A stretch of DNA of 64,000 nucleotides from positions 1 through 64,000 of the IMG/VR virus record IMGVR_UViG_3300050120_000152, one strand, 5' to 3'. Below the pieces are notes generated by a model, which searched no databases, had not been told where the DNA came from, and was given only the letters and a program-made list of their open reading frames with translations. Positions 18,275 through 28,201 of this stretch are shown piece after piece (position 1 is the first letter of the stretch; every line of letters begins with the position of its first letter). A program made the position numbers and the translations under genes.

Positions 18275-18715
18275 ATGATTACTTTAGAAAGATTTGCCTA
18301 TACCGAGCAAGGAACATTTGGAAAATTGTCGTTTGATAATTTTTCTTGTTATACGATAGAGCGCTCATGGAATAATAATGCCGCGCACATTAGTTGTATA
18401 CCAGAAGGATTATATACTATACAAAAATATACATCGCCCAAATTTGGTAAGGTATATGCGGTATCAGGAAAAACAGTGTCAGTATTTCCCGACGTTAATT
18501 ATCGTAGATCATCTATATTGATTCACCCTGCTAATGTACAATCCGATTTAGAAGGTTGTATTGGGTTGGGCGATTCTCTTGGATATGTCAAAGCCCAGTG
18601 GGCTGTATTAAATAGTATTGCGACAGTTACAAATTTTTATAGAATTATCAATGCCATGGATAATATTCCATTGATAATCAAGTTTAAGACAGTGGATACT
18701 ACAGTTACATTATGA
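18275..18715 (+). CDS. DUF5675 family protein
   Basis: T.GKL..CYTIER..SCIPEG.Y..ILIHPAN...EGCIGLG. Confidence 0.8.
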   Translation: MITLERFAYTEQGTFGKLSFDNFSCYTIERSWNNNAAHISCIPEGLYTIQKYTSPKFGKVYAVSGKTVSVFPDVNYRRSSILIHPANVQSDLEGCIGLGDSLGYVKAQWAVLNSIATVTNFYRIINAMDNIPLIIKFKTVDTTVTL

Positions 18716-19038
18716 AAATTAATTTATCATTTAAAGATTATTTAGAAGCTAAAAACCGTTTAAAGCAAGCTGGCGAAAACTGTCCTCGCATTAAACAGTT
18801 ATACGAAGTACGTAAATATTGTAAAATTCCGTTGCATGATGGCATCAACGAAGAAGAGAAAGTATATGTTTCTCTTAAACCCAAAGATACTATAGAAATA
18901 TTATGGGAATACCAAGCAGTAGATCATCCCATACCATTACAATTATGCTTGACATTTGATGATGATAAAATTATGTATTTTACGTGGTCGAATGCTAAAA
19001 TAAATAAATGGGTAGAGTCATCAATCTATACTTTATAA
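18712..19038 (+). CDS. Hypothetical protein (SFKDYLE N-terminus)
   Basis: ATGA overlap with the previous gene. Confidence 0.65.
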   Translation: MKINLSFKDYLEAKNRLKQAGENCPRIKQLYEVRKYCKIPLHDGINEEEKVYVSLKPKDTIEILWEYQAVDHPIPLQLCLTFDDDKIMYFTWSNAKINKWVESSIYTL

Positions 19039-19102
19039 AAGTTCGGAAACATCTCGTAAATCAATAAATAGTAACATATATTAACGAGGATAAAGTAGGA
19101 AA

Positions 19103-19765
19103 ATGGGATCAATTATTAAATTAGCCTCCGATTATGGAGTACCATTTACGCTACTTATGCTATTTGGATATTGCTTATTTTTGTATGGTAAACATAGATT
19201 ATTGCCCAGATTAGGGAAAGTTGATCCAAATATTAAATTAGATAATACTGCTAATATTTCATATCACAGCTTGTTTGCTAATATAAATCATCGTTTGAAC
19301 AACGAAATTCCTGTTTTAGATTTGCTTCCGCATAAGCCAGTCAAACAACAGATGTTTCGTGATATTCTTTCAATATTTGCAAAAACATTATTTAAGACAT
19401 GTAAAGAAATTACAGAACTAGATATGAATCTGTGGAGTTCCGACAAATGGTGCGATGAAATAATTCGTCGTTTAAATACAAATACTATTACATTTGTTGA
19501 TTTGTGTAAAGATAATGGTGTTCCTGAAATAGTTATGACTAAATTTATTCGATGGTACTTACCTATGCAAGATATTATGTTTGATAATATAATGGCATTA
19601 GGTAATTCGAATATATTCAATAATAATATTTCTAGAACAAATACATTATTTTTTATGCTTAATCTGTTATTAGTAACTACCATTGCTGATGCAGAAAAGA
19701 CCCTCAAAGAGTTGAATGGGGATATTCACGGAAAAATGTATAAGGGACAGATAATAGAGAAATAA
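19103..19765 (+). CDS. Single N-terminal TM protein with soluble domain (holin candidate)
   Basis: TM at residues ~12-30; 220 aa; size and topology like T4 holin T, no sequence match claimed. Confidence 0.4.
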   Translation: MGSIIKLASDYGVPFTLLMLFGYCLFLYGKHRLLPRLGKVDPNIKLDNTANISYHSLFANINHRLNNEIPVLDLLPHKPVKQQMFRDILSIFAKTLFKTCKEITELDMNLWSSDKWCDEIIRRLNTNTITFVDLCKDNGVPEIVMTKFIRWYLPMQDIMFDNIMALGNSNIFNNNISRTNTLFFMLNLLLVTTIADAEKTLKELNGDIHGKMYKGQIIEK

Positions 19766-19766
19766 T

Positions 19767-22718
19767 ATGGCTCAATTTTCAAATTTTGCAGACACACCTG
19801 ACGGTATCATAAAAGAAGGTCAGGAGATAACCATTAAATTCGTCCGAAACGGCGACGGTACGGCTACTGTGTCTTGGAACATCCCACCGCCTGCAAATGG
19901 CTGTACGAGCGATACACAAGCTTACAATGGTATTGTGGTAACTATCGATACTAAAGCTGCTAACTATAGATCAACTTCACCAACGAATGCTACCATGTAT
20001 GTTGGTGATCCTACCGCAGATCGTGATTTATTTGCTGGTGATACGTTGGATACTGCTTTAATTGAAGGAGCTTTCTATAACGATAAAACTACTACATCAT
20101 TAACCATTAATAATATTGACCCAAATACATTTTATTATGTTTCAGGTTATGCTGTAGATAATGTAGGAACCTATCACCGCGAAGGTGTCCATGCCTATTC
20201 GCTTCCTACAGGCGAAGCTGAAACTCCAATAACATTATATAATGCATTTCAAGACATATCATTAATACCTAAAGATAGTTCAAAAATAACATTGAACACT
20301 TTGACTGGTTTATCTGCAACACAGACCTATGTACTACATATCAAGATTGATAATATAGACCATTATATTTCTGTTCCCGGTGTAGATGCACAATCTTATT
20401 TTGATTTGATTAATACACTAAATGAACAATTTAAATTATTGACCGGAACCTCTTACAGTAGCCCATTACCACCTAACGCAAATCAATATTATTTGGATAT
20501 ACCAAATAATAAATTATATTTCTGGGATGGTACACATAACAATCAAACGGGTGTCATATTTTTTGGTCAAGACCCTAATACAAAACCACAAGGAACTTAT
20601 TGGGTTAATCCATCAATCCCAAGTTCCATAATGATGTATGAAACAGGTGGTTGGAGTCTACAACCATTTATAAGTTTAGATCATGATCCTCGCACACCGA
20701 ATTGTGGCGAATTATGGTTCACTGGCACAAATGCGTATGAATTTGATGGTGATCATTGGTGCCAATTATGCTTATATATTCAAACCCGTAATCCATCATT
20801 AGCTCCCATATTAGATTGTAATACATTTTGGTATGACACCACAAATAGTTTACTGATGAAATGGAATTTTGATAATTCCATGTTTAATGAAGTATTGGCT
20901 ATAATTTCAGTTAAAGACCCAAACACGTTAAGCACTGGTGATTTTTGGTTAAATGAAACTGATGGTAAAATTTATCGTTATGTGAGCGGTACATGGTCAT
21001 TATTGACTACCGTTCGCTACGATGCACCTGATATTGATGGTAATCTACCATATCCCGCAGCAGGAACCTATTGGTTAAACCCATTAACACAAATTTTTTA
21101 TAAGAGAAGCAGTGATAATACATCATGGATTGAAACTAATTATACGATGTATCCAACTGATCCATTAGAAAGAAAAAGCTGTGATTTATGGTGGAATCAA
21201 TCTCAATCAGTAGATACACTGTATGTATGGGATATTATAAATCTTGCATGGAAACCAGTTATCAATTTCTTGCAACAAGCTACTGATCCTTCATTACCTC
21301 CTAATTTACCCAACTGTGCAGTGTGGTATAATCCGGCCACTGGCATTCTTCAATATATTTTAAGAAATAGTTGCGCACCAAAAACATTTATAAGTTCTAT
21401 GTTTGATCCGACACACCCCGTAGATGGTACAGTATGGTTCAATAATTTAACTGGTCTTTATTATGTTTGGGATGGAGCAGAATGGGAAGAAATCTACCCA
21501 ATTATATCAATTACTGACCCATTTGTGTTATTTGATGGATATTTTTGGTTTGATCCAATAACCAATGTATTAAGTATGTGGAATGGTACAGAATGGGCTG
21601 TTATGCCTTATTCAACAAAACCGTTGAATTCTCCTATTGATACATTGTGGTTTGATACTGCCAGCGGCGAATTATATGAATGGTCTGGAACTGCTTGGAA
21701 TATATCATTACCGATCATTACCGTTTCATTAAAATATCAAATAAGTAAAGACCCTAATACTAATGGTAGAGCTTACTTATTCTTTTTATTCAATGATGCT
21801 GGATGTGGACATATTATTGATATTATGCCTGATTCAGGCGGTTTATTTGCATCGGTAATCCAATCTGTAATTTATCATGATCCCATGATAGGTGGTAATG
21901 GCCCAGCATCAGGCCCAATGTATAAACAATTGGATGTTGGTACAGATGGTACACCTGATGAAAGACGTACATTACAAGCTACATTAAGAACATTATTAGG
22001 TAGTACAGCTACTACAGTAGAATTATCTAAAGTAAATTTTGATATTGCTATTGATAACGCATTATTGCAATTTAGAAAATATTCAAGTTATTCAGTAACA
22101 CGAAACTTGTTCTTTTTAGATGCCAAGCCTAATCAGCAAACCTATCAAATGGCTAACAAATGTGTTGGTTTTAATAAAATAACTAGCATTAGAGCCATTT
22201 ACAGAATGCAGGCAGGTTGGATTAGAACAGGTCTTGCTGGTAATGAATTATTTGGTGTAGCAGCATTACAACAATTGTATACAGTTGGTACATTTGATAT
22301 GTTAAGTTTTGGTATGATGAGCATGTATATGAAAGAACTTGAACAAATGTTCGCTTCGCGTATCATGCATCAATGGGTAGAGTCAACCAGAGAATTGAGA
22401 TTATTTCAACGAATAGTATTACCAGAAAGATTATTGCTTGATGCTAACATTGAACGTACTGAACAAGATATAATTACAAATAGAGCGTCAGCCCTATGGA
22501 TACAGTCATGGGCATTAATGGAAAGTAAAAGAATGTTGGCACAAATTCGCGGTAAATATTTGAATCTGCCGGGGCCAAATGGAAGCACTTCCTTAAATGC
22601 ACAAGATTTAAATTCTCAGGCAGATAGCGAACGCGAACGATTGATGGAAGAATTACTTGATCCGGCTATGGGTAATTTGGAAGATCAAGGATTAGCTCCC
22701 CATTTTGTAATAGGATAA
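19767..22718 (+). CDS. Extended neck protein: FN3-like domain + Trp/Tyr beta-repeats + C-terminal gp13-like domain
   Basis: C-terminal 'TVELSKVNFDIAIDNALLQF..' to 'AQIRGKY.NLPGPNGSTSLNAQDL..A..E' resembles T4-like gp13; repeated G.[LF]W[FYW][ND]...LY.W motifs. Confidence 0.7.
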   Translation: MAQFSNFADTPDGIIKEGQEITIKFVRNGDGTATVSWNIPPPANGCTSDTQAYNGIVVTIDTKAANYRSTSPTNATMYVGDPTADRDLFAGDTLDTALIEGAFYNDKTTTSLTINNIDPNTFYYVSGYAVDNVGTYHREGVHAYSLPTGEAETPITLYNAFQDISLIPKDSSKITLNTLTGLSATQTYVLHIKIDNIDHYISVPGVDAQSYFDLINTLNEQFKLLTGTSYSSPLPPNANQYYLDIPNNKLYFWDGTHNNQTGVIFFGQDPNTKPQGTYWVNPSIPSSIMMYETGGWSLQPFISLDHDPRTPNCGELWFTGTNAYEFDGDHWCQLCLYIQTRNPSLAPILDCNTFWYDTTNSLLMKWNFDNSMFNEVLAIISVKDPNTLSTGDFWLNETDGKIYRYVSGTWSLLTTVRYDAPDIDGNLPYPAAGTYWLNPLTQIFYKRSSDNTSWIETNYTMYPTDPLERKSCDLWWNQSQSVDTLYVWDIINLAWKPVINFLQQATDPSLPPNLPNCAVWYNPATGILQYILRNSCAPKTFISSMFDPTHPVDGTVWFNNLTGLYYVWDGAEWEEIYPIISITDPFVLFDGYFWFDPITNVLSMWNGTEWAVMPYSTKPLNSPIDTLWFDTASGELYEWSGTAWNISLPIITVSLKYQISKDPNTNGRAYLFFLFNDAGCGHIIDIMPDSGGLFASVIQSVIYHDPMIGGNGPASGPMYKQLDVGTDGTPDERRTLQATLRTLLGSTATTVELSKVNFDIAIDNALLQFRKYSSYSVTRNLFFLDAKPNQQTYQMANKCVGFNKITSIRAIYRMQAGWIRTGLAGNELFGVAALQQLYTVGTFDMLSFGMMSMYMKELEQMFASRIMHQWVESTRELRLFQRIVLPERLLLDANIERTEQDIITNRASALWIQSWALMESKRMLAQIRGKYLNLPGPNGSTSLNAQDLNSQADSERERLMEELLDPAMGNLEDQGLAPHFVIG

Positions 22719-22721
22719 TAA

Positions 22722-25688
22722 ATGTCAACTTGTATACCATGCCAAATGAACCCATCGCCTACTCTTACGGGTACGGCTTGTGGAATTATAAACAATACAG
22801 CAGGCGATTGTTCGCTAAATGCTGATGGTACCCCTATGACTACTCCATCAATTTCTAATAATGGGGCATGCATAGAAACTCCAAATGGTTTGGTGTGTCC
22901 ACAATCTGAGACATGTTCACCATGGCAATTAACACAAAACAGTGATACATGTCAAATTGACGATTATATTGCTGAACAACTTAATATTGCTGGCGCAGAT
23001 TTAAATGTTTACAAATTACTTGGTATCCATGAACAAGGTAAATTGTTAGACTTAGCAAGTAACGGAAATGCTATATCAGCAGGATTTTTACCAAATTTTC
23101 CAGCTTCGAATGCTTTTGATAAATTTATAACAGAATGGCGTTCATCTCAAACTGGCACGGCTGTATTATCATCATCCTATATTGGCTACGATTTTGGCCC
23201 ATTTAAATTAAATAATGGTAGAGATAGATATGGTATTGAAACAGCTGTAAAGCATGATATTGCCATGATTCGAATTAAGCAAGGATGTGACTCTAAAAAT
23301 AGAGCAACAAAAATTCGTGTTGAACGCTCTGATGATGGATTAAAATGGTATGGAGCAGCTATTATTAATATTCCAGATTGTGAGGGTTTAGTTAGTCTAC
23401 AATTTAAGAAAACTATCCCATCAAGATTTTGGAGAATACGTCCATTAGCATTCAATGGTGGGGTTAACGATTATTGGATAGTACAAGCTTTACAATTAAT
23501 AAATTATGAAGCAACCGCAGTTAATAATATTCAAGATAGAATATTATTAGAAAATCGTGACCGTGATTATTTAAGTACACCTATTGCGATGAAGTGTTAT
23601 TATACACCACTTGATGTTCAAGCCAATTCATCAAAATTTGGATGGTTTCAGAATGATGTTTATACGATTCAGGTAAGTTTTGGACAGACTGTAAGTATAT
23701 TAGGCAGACCTTTCGTAGTGGGAGATATTGTTCAATTACCATCTGATAATCAATATTCTCCAACAACAATGCAACCAGTTCTTAAATATCTTGAAATTAC
23801 AGATGTTGCATGGAATGCGGCTAGTTATACTCCAAGCTGGATACCAACTATGCAGAGATTATTAGCAGTTCCAGCATTAGCTTCTCAAGAAACCCAACAA
23901 ATTTTTGGAAAGCTTACTGAAAATATTGACAGTACTGGATTAACAGATAATAATGACGGTAGTGCTACAAAATATCAGGATATTTCTAACATCTCTAAAA
24001 CGGCCAGAGCCAAAGCAAATACAGCTGTGCCCGAACGTGGACAAGATGATTCCGATATTGCACAAATATCAGATGATGGTATTATATCAGCAGCTTCATT
24101 AGGAATTGATATTGCTAAATTAAATGTTGCTAAAACCCCATATTCAAGAGATGGGTTGCCGCCTAATGGTGAGCCATTTACAACAGGTGATGCTTTTCCA
24201 ACCGATCCAAAAAATGGAGATTATCATAGATTGACATATGATGGTATGGGCAATGATATTGCACCAAGATTATATAGATATTTCTTACGCAAAAAAACAT
24301 GGTTATTACAACAAGTTGATCAACGGTTTAAATTGCGTAAAACTAAACCAATATTACAAGAGTTTATTGACCCTGATAATTCAGGATTAGTGTACCCCGA
24401 TAAAGAAAAAGAATACTTTGCCAAATTACAAAATACGCCAACACCTTCTGTTTCTCCACAGCCAGATATTATTGTACCGTCACCAACTCCAACGGTTGTA
24501 ACAACCATGACTGTAACTCCAACACTATCTGTAACTCCAACAATTTTTATTACACCAACAATCACACATACTGTAACTCCAACCCCAAGTATTATGGTGT
24601 CATCATCTATTTCACCATCACCAACACCATCAGTTACACCAACCATTACGGTGTCTACAAGCCTTACAGTAACTCCAACACCAACAATATCGCTTACAAT
24701 GACTCCTACAGTCACACTCACACAAACTCCAATTGCTACAGGAACGCCAGTACCTACCGCAACCAGTACCCCAACAACTACTGCAACATTTACTCCAACT
24801 CCATCGATATCAATTTCTGCATCAATAGTGACTTCATTGACCCCAACACCAACATCTTCATTAACATTAACACCAACGCCAACCCCAAGTATTGCGGTGA
24901 CATCATCCCTAGTCCCATCACCAAACTTACAATTGACTGTACAAAGCGTATCGTCAATATCACAAATTGGTATTACTAATGGTATCGCAACAATTTATTG
25001 GGGTGATGGCACTAATGATATAGTTTCGGCTCCTTCAACCACAATATCTCAGGGCCATACTTATGCAAGTAATGGAAATTATACTATACAAATTTCTGGA
25101 AATGTATCCACAATAGATTTATCTGCTATTTCTAACGCTTCAGATTTAACTTCATGGGGAACTTATAATGTAACAGGTGTCCAGTTACCATCAGGAATCA
25201 TCTCGGTGCCATCATCCATTCCAACAACATTAACAGATATGTCTTATATGTTTGTTAATGCTTCAGCATTTAATCAAGACCTTTCATTATGGGATACTAG
25301 TAATGTAACTACTATGTTTGATATGTTTGATAGTGCGTATGCTTTTAATGGAAATATTGGTTCATGGAATACCAGCAAAGTAACTAATATGTCTTATATG
25401 TTTAATTATGCTACATCATTCAACCAAGATATTGGTTCATGGAATACCAGTAATGTGATCAATATGCAGCAAATGTTTGCTAATGCTAAGGCTTTTAATG
25501 GCAATATTGGTTCATGGAATACTAGTGCTGTAATTAATATGAATACTATGTTTTATGGTGCGCGAGTATTCAATCAAGATTTATCTCATTGGTGTGTTAC
25601 TGACCTTACAACTGTACCGCCTAATTTTAATTCGGGGACATCGGCATGGATTCTTCCGCAACCAGTTTGGGGAACATGTCCACCTTAA
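22722..25688 (+). CDS. Extended neck/head-completion protein: gp14-like + discoidin (F5/8C) insert + Pro/Thr linker + PKD-like + DUF285/BspA repeats
   Basis: '[15 protein letters not shown]' gp14-like start; SNAFD..W..GYDFG..SDDG.KW..RFWRI; TPTP tract 24436-24920; [15 protein letters not shown] repeats. Confidence 0.65.
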   Translation: MSTCIPCQMNPSPTLTGTACGIINNTAGDCSLNADGTPMTTPSISNNGACIETPNGLVCPQSETCSPWQLTQNSDTCQIDDYIAEQLNIAGADLNVYKLLGIHEQGKLLDLASNGNAISAGFLPNFPASNAFDKFITEWRSSQTGTAVLSSSYIGYDFGPFKLNNGRDRYGIETAVKHDIAMIRIKQGCDSKNRATKIRVERSDDGLKWYGAAIINIPDCEGLVSLQFKKTIPSRFWRIRPLAFNGGVNDYWIVQALQLINYEATAVNNIQDRILLENRDRDYLSTPIAMKCYYTPLDVQANSSKFGWFQNDVYTIQVSFGQTVSILGRPFVVGDIVQLPSDNQYSPTTMQPVLKYLEITDVAWNAASYTPSWIPTMQRLLAVPALASQETQQIFGKLTENIDSTGLTDNNDGSATKYQDISNISKTARAKANTAVPERGQDDSDIAQISDDGIISAASLGIDIAKLNVAKTPYSRDGLPPNGEPFTTGDAFPTDPKNGDYHRLTYDGMGNDIAPRLYRYFLRKKTWLLQQVDQRFKLRKTKPILQEFIDPDNSGLVYPDKEKEYFAKLQNTPTPSVSPQPDIIVPSPTPTVVTTMTVTPTLSVTPTIFITPTITHTVTPTPSIMVSSSISPSPTPSVTPTITVSTSLTVTPTPTISLTMTPTVTLTQTPIATGTPVPTATSTPTTTATFTPTPSISISASIVTSLTPTPTSSLTLTPTPTPSIAVTSSLVPSPNLQLTVQSVSSISQIGITNGIATIYWGDGTNDIVSAPSTTISQGHTYASNGNYTIQISGNVSTIDLSAISNASDLTSWGTYNVTGVQLPSGIISVPSSIPTTLTDMSYMFVNASAFNQDLSLWDTSNVTTMFDMFDSAYAFNGNIGSWNTSKVTNMSYMFNYATSFNQDIGSWNTSNVINMQQMFANAKAFNGNIGSWNTSAVINMNTMFYGARVFNQDLSHWCVTDLTTVPPNFNSGTSAWILPQPVWGTCPP

Positions 25689-25706
25689 GTATAATTTTAA
25701 TAAAAC

Positions 25707-25734
25707 TTGACTTTAGCTGAACATCTGGTAAACT
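25707..25734 (+). promoter_or_regulatory. sigma70 promoter for the helicase gene
   Basis: TTGACT-N16-TAAACT. Confidence 0.6.
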
Positions 25735-25756
25735 ATATTCACTAGATGGAACATAC

Positions 25757-27214
25757 ATGAATTTAGCGAAACAGAAGTTAATTTTAGAATATTTACTTGC
25801 ATCAAAAGATTTATATGCGAGATGTTCAGGCATTATAAAAAGTCAATATTTTGATATGGAACTACGCGGTGCAGTACAATATGCTCAAGATTATTATCAG
25901 AAATACGCAGCATTACCAAAGCTTGATCGAATAAAAGCAGAATTCGATCTTGATCTGGAATCAAAGATTATAGGTTTAGATGATATCTCAGCCATCTCTG
26001 ATGATTGTGAGAAATTTGCCAAGAAATCATCTATAAAAAACGCCATCAATGAAGCTATGAAAGATTGGAATGATGATAATTTTGATGCCATATCACAAAA
26101 AATAATGGATGCATCACTCATATCACTTGATCGTGATGTGGGTATTGATCTATATGTCAATACCGAAGAAAATTTGCGTAAAGCCGCAGAAGCCATTGAA
26201 TTAATTTCTACGGGTATTAAAGTCCTAGACGAAAAATTAGGCGGTGGTTGCGCCCGACAAGAGCTTACCTTATTCTCCGCAAACTCTGGTGTTGGTAAAT
26301 CAGTACTCATGTCCAATTTGGGCGATAATTATGCTGCGGCAGGGTATCATGTATGTTATATTTCATTAGAATTATCACAGCATAAAATTCTTTCCCGGTT
26401 GGCATCCATTGCAACTGCGCAAGATACTAAAACGTGGAAAGAAAATATCATTAAGATATCATCACGTATTGCTGAAATTGCAGAGAATGGTGGTTCTTAT
26501 GTCATTAAGCGTATGCCAATGGGGTCTACTGCAAATGATATGCGAGCATACTTAAAACAGTATGAATTAGTCTATAATAGACAACCCGACGTAATCATTG
26601 TCGATTACCAAGATGTTATGGAACCTATTGGTGGTATTGGTAATCTATCTATATCTGAACAAGACAAAGCAAAATCTCAACAATTATATGAAATTGGTGT
26701 TGATTATAATGCAATCATGTTTACCGCTTCACAGCAGAATCGTGATGGTATTAAAAATGCATCACCCGATCAAGCGGTTATTGCCGGTGGCTTTTCCAAG
26801 ATCAACGTGGTGGATAATTATATTTCAATTTATATGACACCCCAAATGCGTATCGAAGGTGTTATGCTATTATATTTCTTAAAGACCAGATCATCATCTG
26901 GTGTTGGCGAAAACGTTCCAGTTAAATTTGATAAAAATACCTTACAAATTACTGATATAGGTGACGAACAAAAGGTTCGTGCAATTATATCTCGATTGAT
27001 TTCCCGAGATGAGCATAAACATCATAATAAGAAAAAAGAAGACCATTCTATTGAATCTGTAGGTTATTCAGTTATTAATCAGGATATTGAAGGGTTGCCT
27101 TCCGATACTGAACATTTCATGGCTAACTCACCCACAGAAAATATAGATGATATAGAAGAATCACCAGATGGCTTACTCGGCCTAATGAGTTTCATACAAA
27201 CTAATAGGAATTAA
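25757..27214 (+). CDS. gp41: Replicative DnaB-like helicase (T4 gp41-like)
   Basis: SANSGVGKS Walker A, YISLEL, IIVDY Walker B, TASQQNR, KTRSS. Confidence 0.92.
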   Translation: MNLAKQKLILEYLLASKDLYARCSGIIKSQYFDMELRGAVQYAQDYYQKYAALPKLDRIKAEFDLDLESKIIGLDDISAISDDCEKFAKKSSIKNAINEAMKDWNDDNFDAISQKIMDASLISLDRDVGIDLYVNTEENLRKAAEAIELISTGIKVLDEKLGGGCARQELTLFSANSGVGKSVLMSNLGDNYAAAGYHVCYISLELSQHKILSRLASIATAQDTKTWKENIIKISSRIAEIAENGGSYVIKRMPMGSTANDMRAYLKQYELVYNRQPDVIIVDYQDVMEPIGGIGNLSISEQDKAKSQQLYEIGVDYNAIMFTASQQNRDGIKNASPDQAVIAGGFSKINVVDNYISIYMTPQMRIEGVMLLYFLKTRSSSGVGENVPVKFDKNTLQITDIGDEQKVRAIISRLISRDEHKHHNKKKEDHSIESVGYSVINQDIEGLPSDTEHFMANSPTENIDDIEESPDGLLGLMSFIQTNRN

Positions 27215-27215
27215 T

Positions 27216-27485
27216 ATGAATATTTCACCCATAGTAGATAAAACAGTTTTTATAAAAACATTAAACAACAAAGATATTGAAGTTGCTACTCTACCAAAGC
27301 AAACTCGGTATGAAGTAGATACTCTTGATAGATTGAACCAACAACGAATGGATGCGGTATGTCATCTAGAAATATTAGAATTAGCTATTCGTGCCCAAAA
27401 AATGAAAATTGGAGAGTTAATCAAGGGACTAACGGTAGAAGCTACTCCCGAACCTTTATTAGAACATGGACACACTCATGAATAA
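27216..27485 (+). CDS. Hypothetical coiled-coil protein
   Basis: Coupled ORF. Confidence 0.6.
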   Translation: MNISPIVDKTVFIKTLNNKDIEVATLPKQTRYEVDTLDRLNQQRMDAVCHLEILELAIRAQKMKIGELIKGLTVEATPEPLLEHGHTHE

Positions 27486-27681
27486 AATTATAGAGAAACA
27501 GGACATATTGAGTGAACAACAATGGGCTGAGTTATCGTTAAGCATATCAGAGTATAATGAATATTTTATGCAACAATTAAATAAAATATTTGAATTTGAT
27601 ATATGGTTTGAGCATTCTAAGTCAAAAGATTTTCCAAAAGAATGGTATTCGATGATACGTGAGTCAAAAGCTCATAAATAA
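27466..27681 (+). CDS. Hypothetical protein
   Basis: Coupled ORF; true start may be 27478. Confidence 0.5.
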   Translation: MDTLMNKIIEKQDILSEQQWAELSLSISEYNEYFMQQLNKIFEFDIWFEHSKSKDFPKEWYSMIRESKAHK

Positions 27682-27700
27682 TGAGATATAGGCCATTATA

Positions 27701-28201
27701 ATGTCTGATGAACCAAACGAAATTGCACTAGAAAAACAAAGTGCTTTAGAAAAATTTTTCGATCTTCCTGCGGCACCTTCAGCTAAACCATCTACTGAAG
27801 TTGCTAAACGTGAAATGAAACCAATACCTGCGGCTATAGCATCATATGATGAGCGAGATAATACTATCGAAGAGTTGTACACAAATATTCATGATACTGC
27901 TCTTGATACTCACGAACGTATTATGGATGATATTGATGATATTGACCCAAAATATGGTGCAAGAAATTATGAGGTTGCAGCAAATTATTTAACCATAGCC
28001 TTGAATGCTGCTGATAGACGTGCTAAACTCAAAGAGCATAAAGATAAATTGGTAAAACAAACTACCAAAGTGTCAACTACTAATATTATGGCTAAAACCA
28101 TTTCCATCAATACAACCGATTTAATAAAGCAATTATCTGCGGAAATTATTGAAGGTGAAATAGTAAGTGATACGAAACCACAGGAAAAAATTAATGAATA
28201 A
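27701..28201 (+). CDS. terS: Terminase small subunit (T4 gp16-like)
   Basis: 'ARNYEVAANYLTIAL.A' helix typical of the gp16 family; CATAAATA at 27673. Confidence 0.6.
   Translation: MSDEPNEIALEKQSALEKFFDLPAAPSAKPSTEVAKREMKPIPAAIASYDERDNTIEELYTNIHDTALDTHERIMDDIDDIDPKYGARNYEVAANYLTIALNAADRRAKLKEHKDKLVKQTTKVSTTNIMAKTISINTTDLIKQLSAEIIEGEIVSDTKPQEKINE

Noticed and set aside
24320-24721. Minus-strand Val/Gly-rich ORFs (also 44811-45131, 46670-47035)
   Set aside because: Antisense shadows of Pro/Thr linker codons; no RBS or promoter.
25240-25600. ~75-nt periodic repeats (also at 51330-51830) as a CRISPR array
   Set aside because: The repeats are degenerate, in frame, and encode DUF285 25-aa repeats; no unique spacers and no cas genes.
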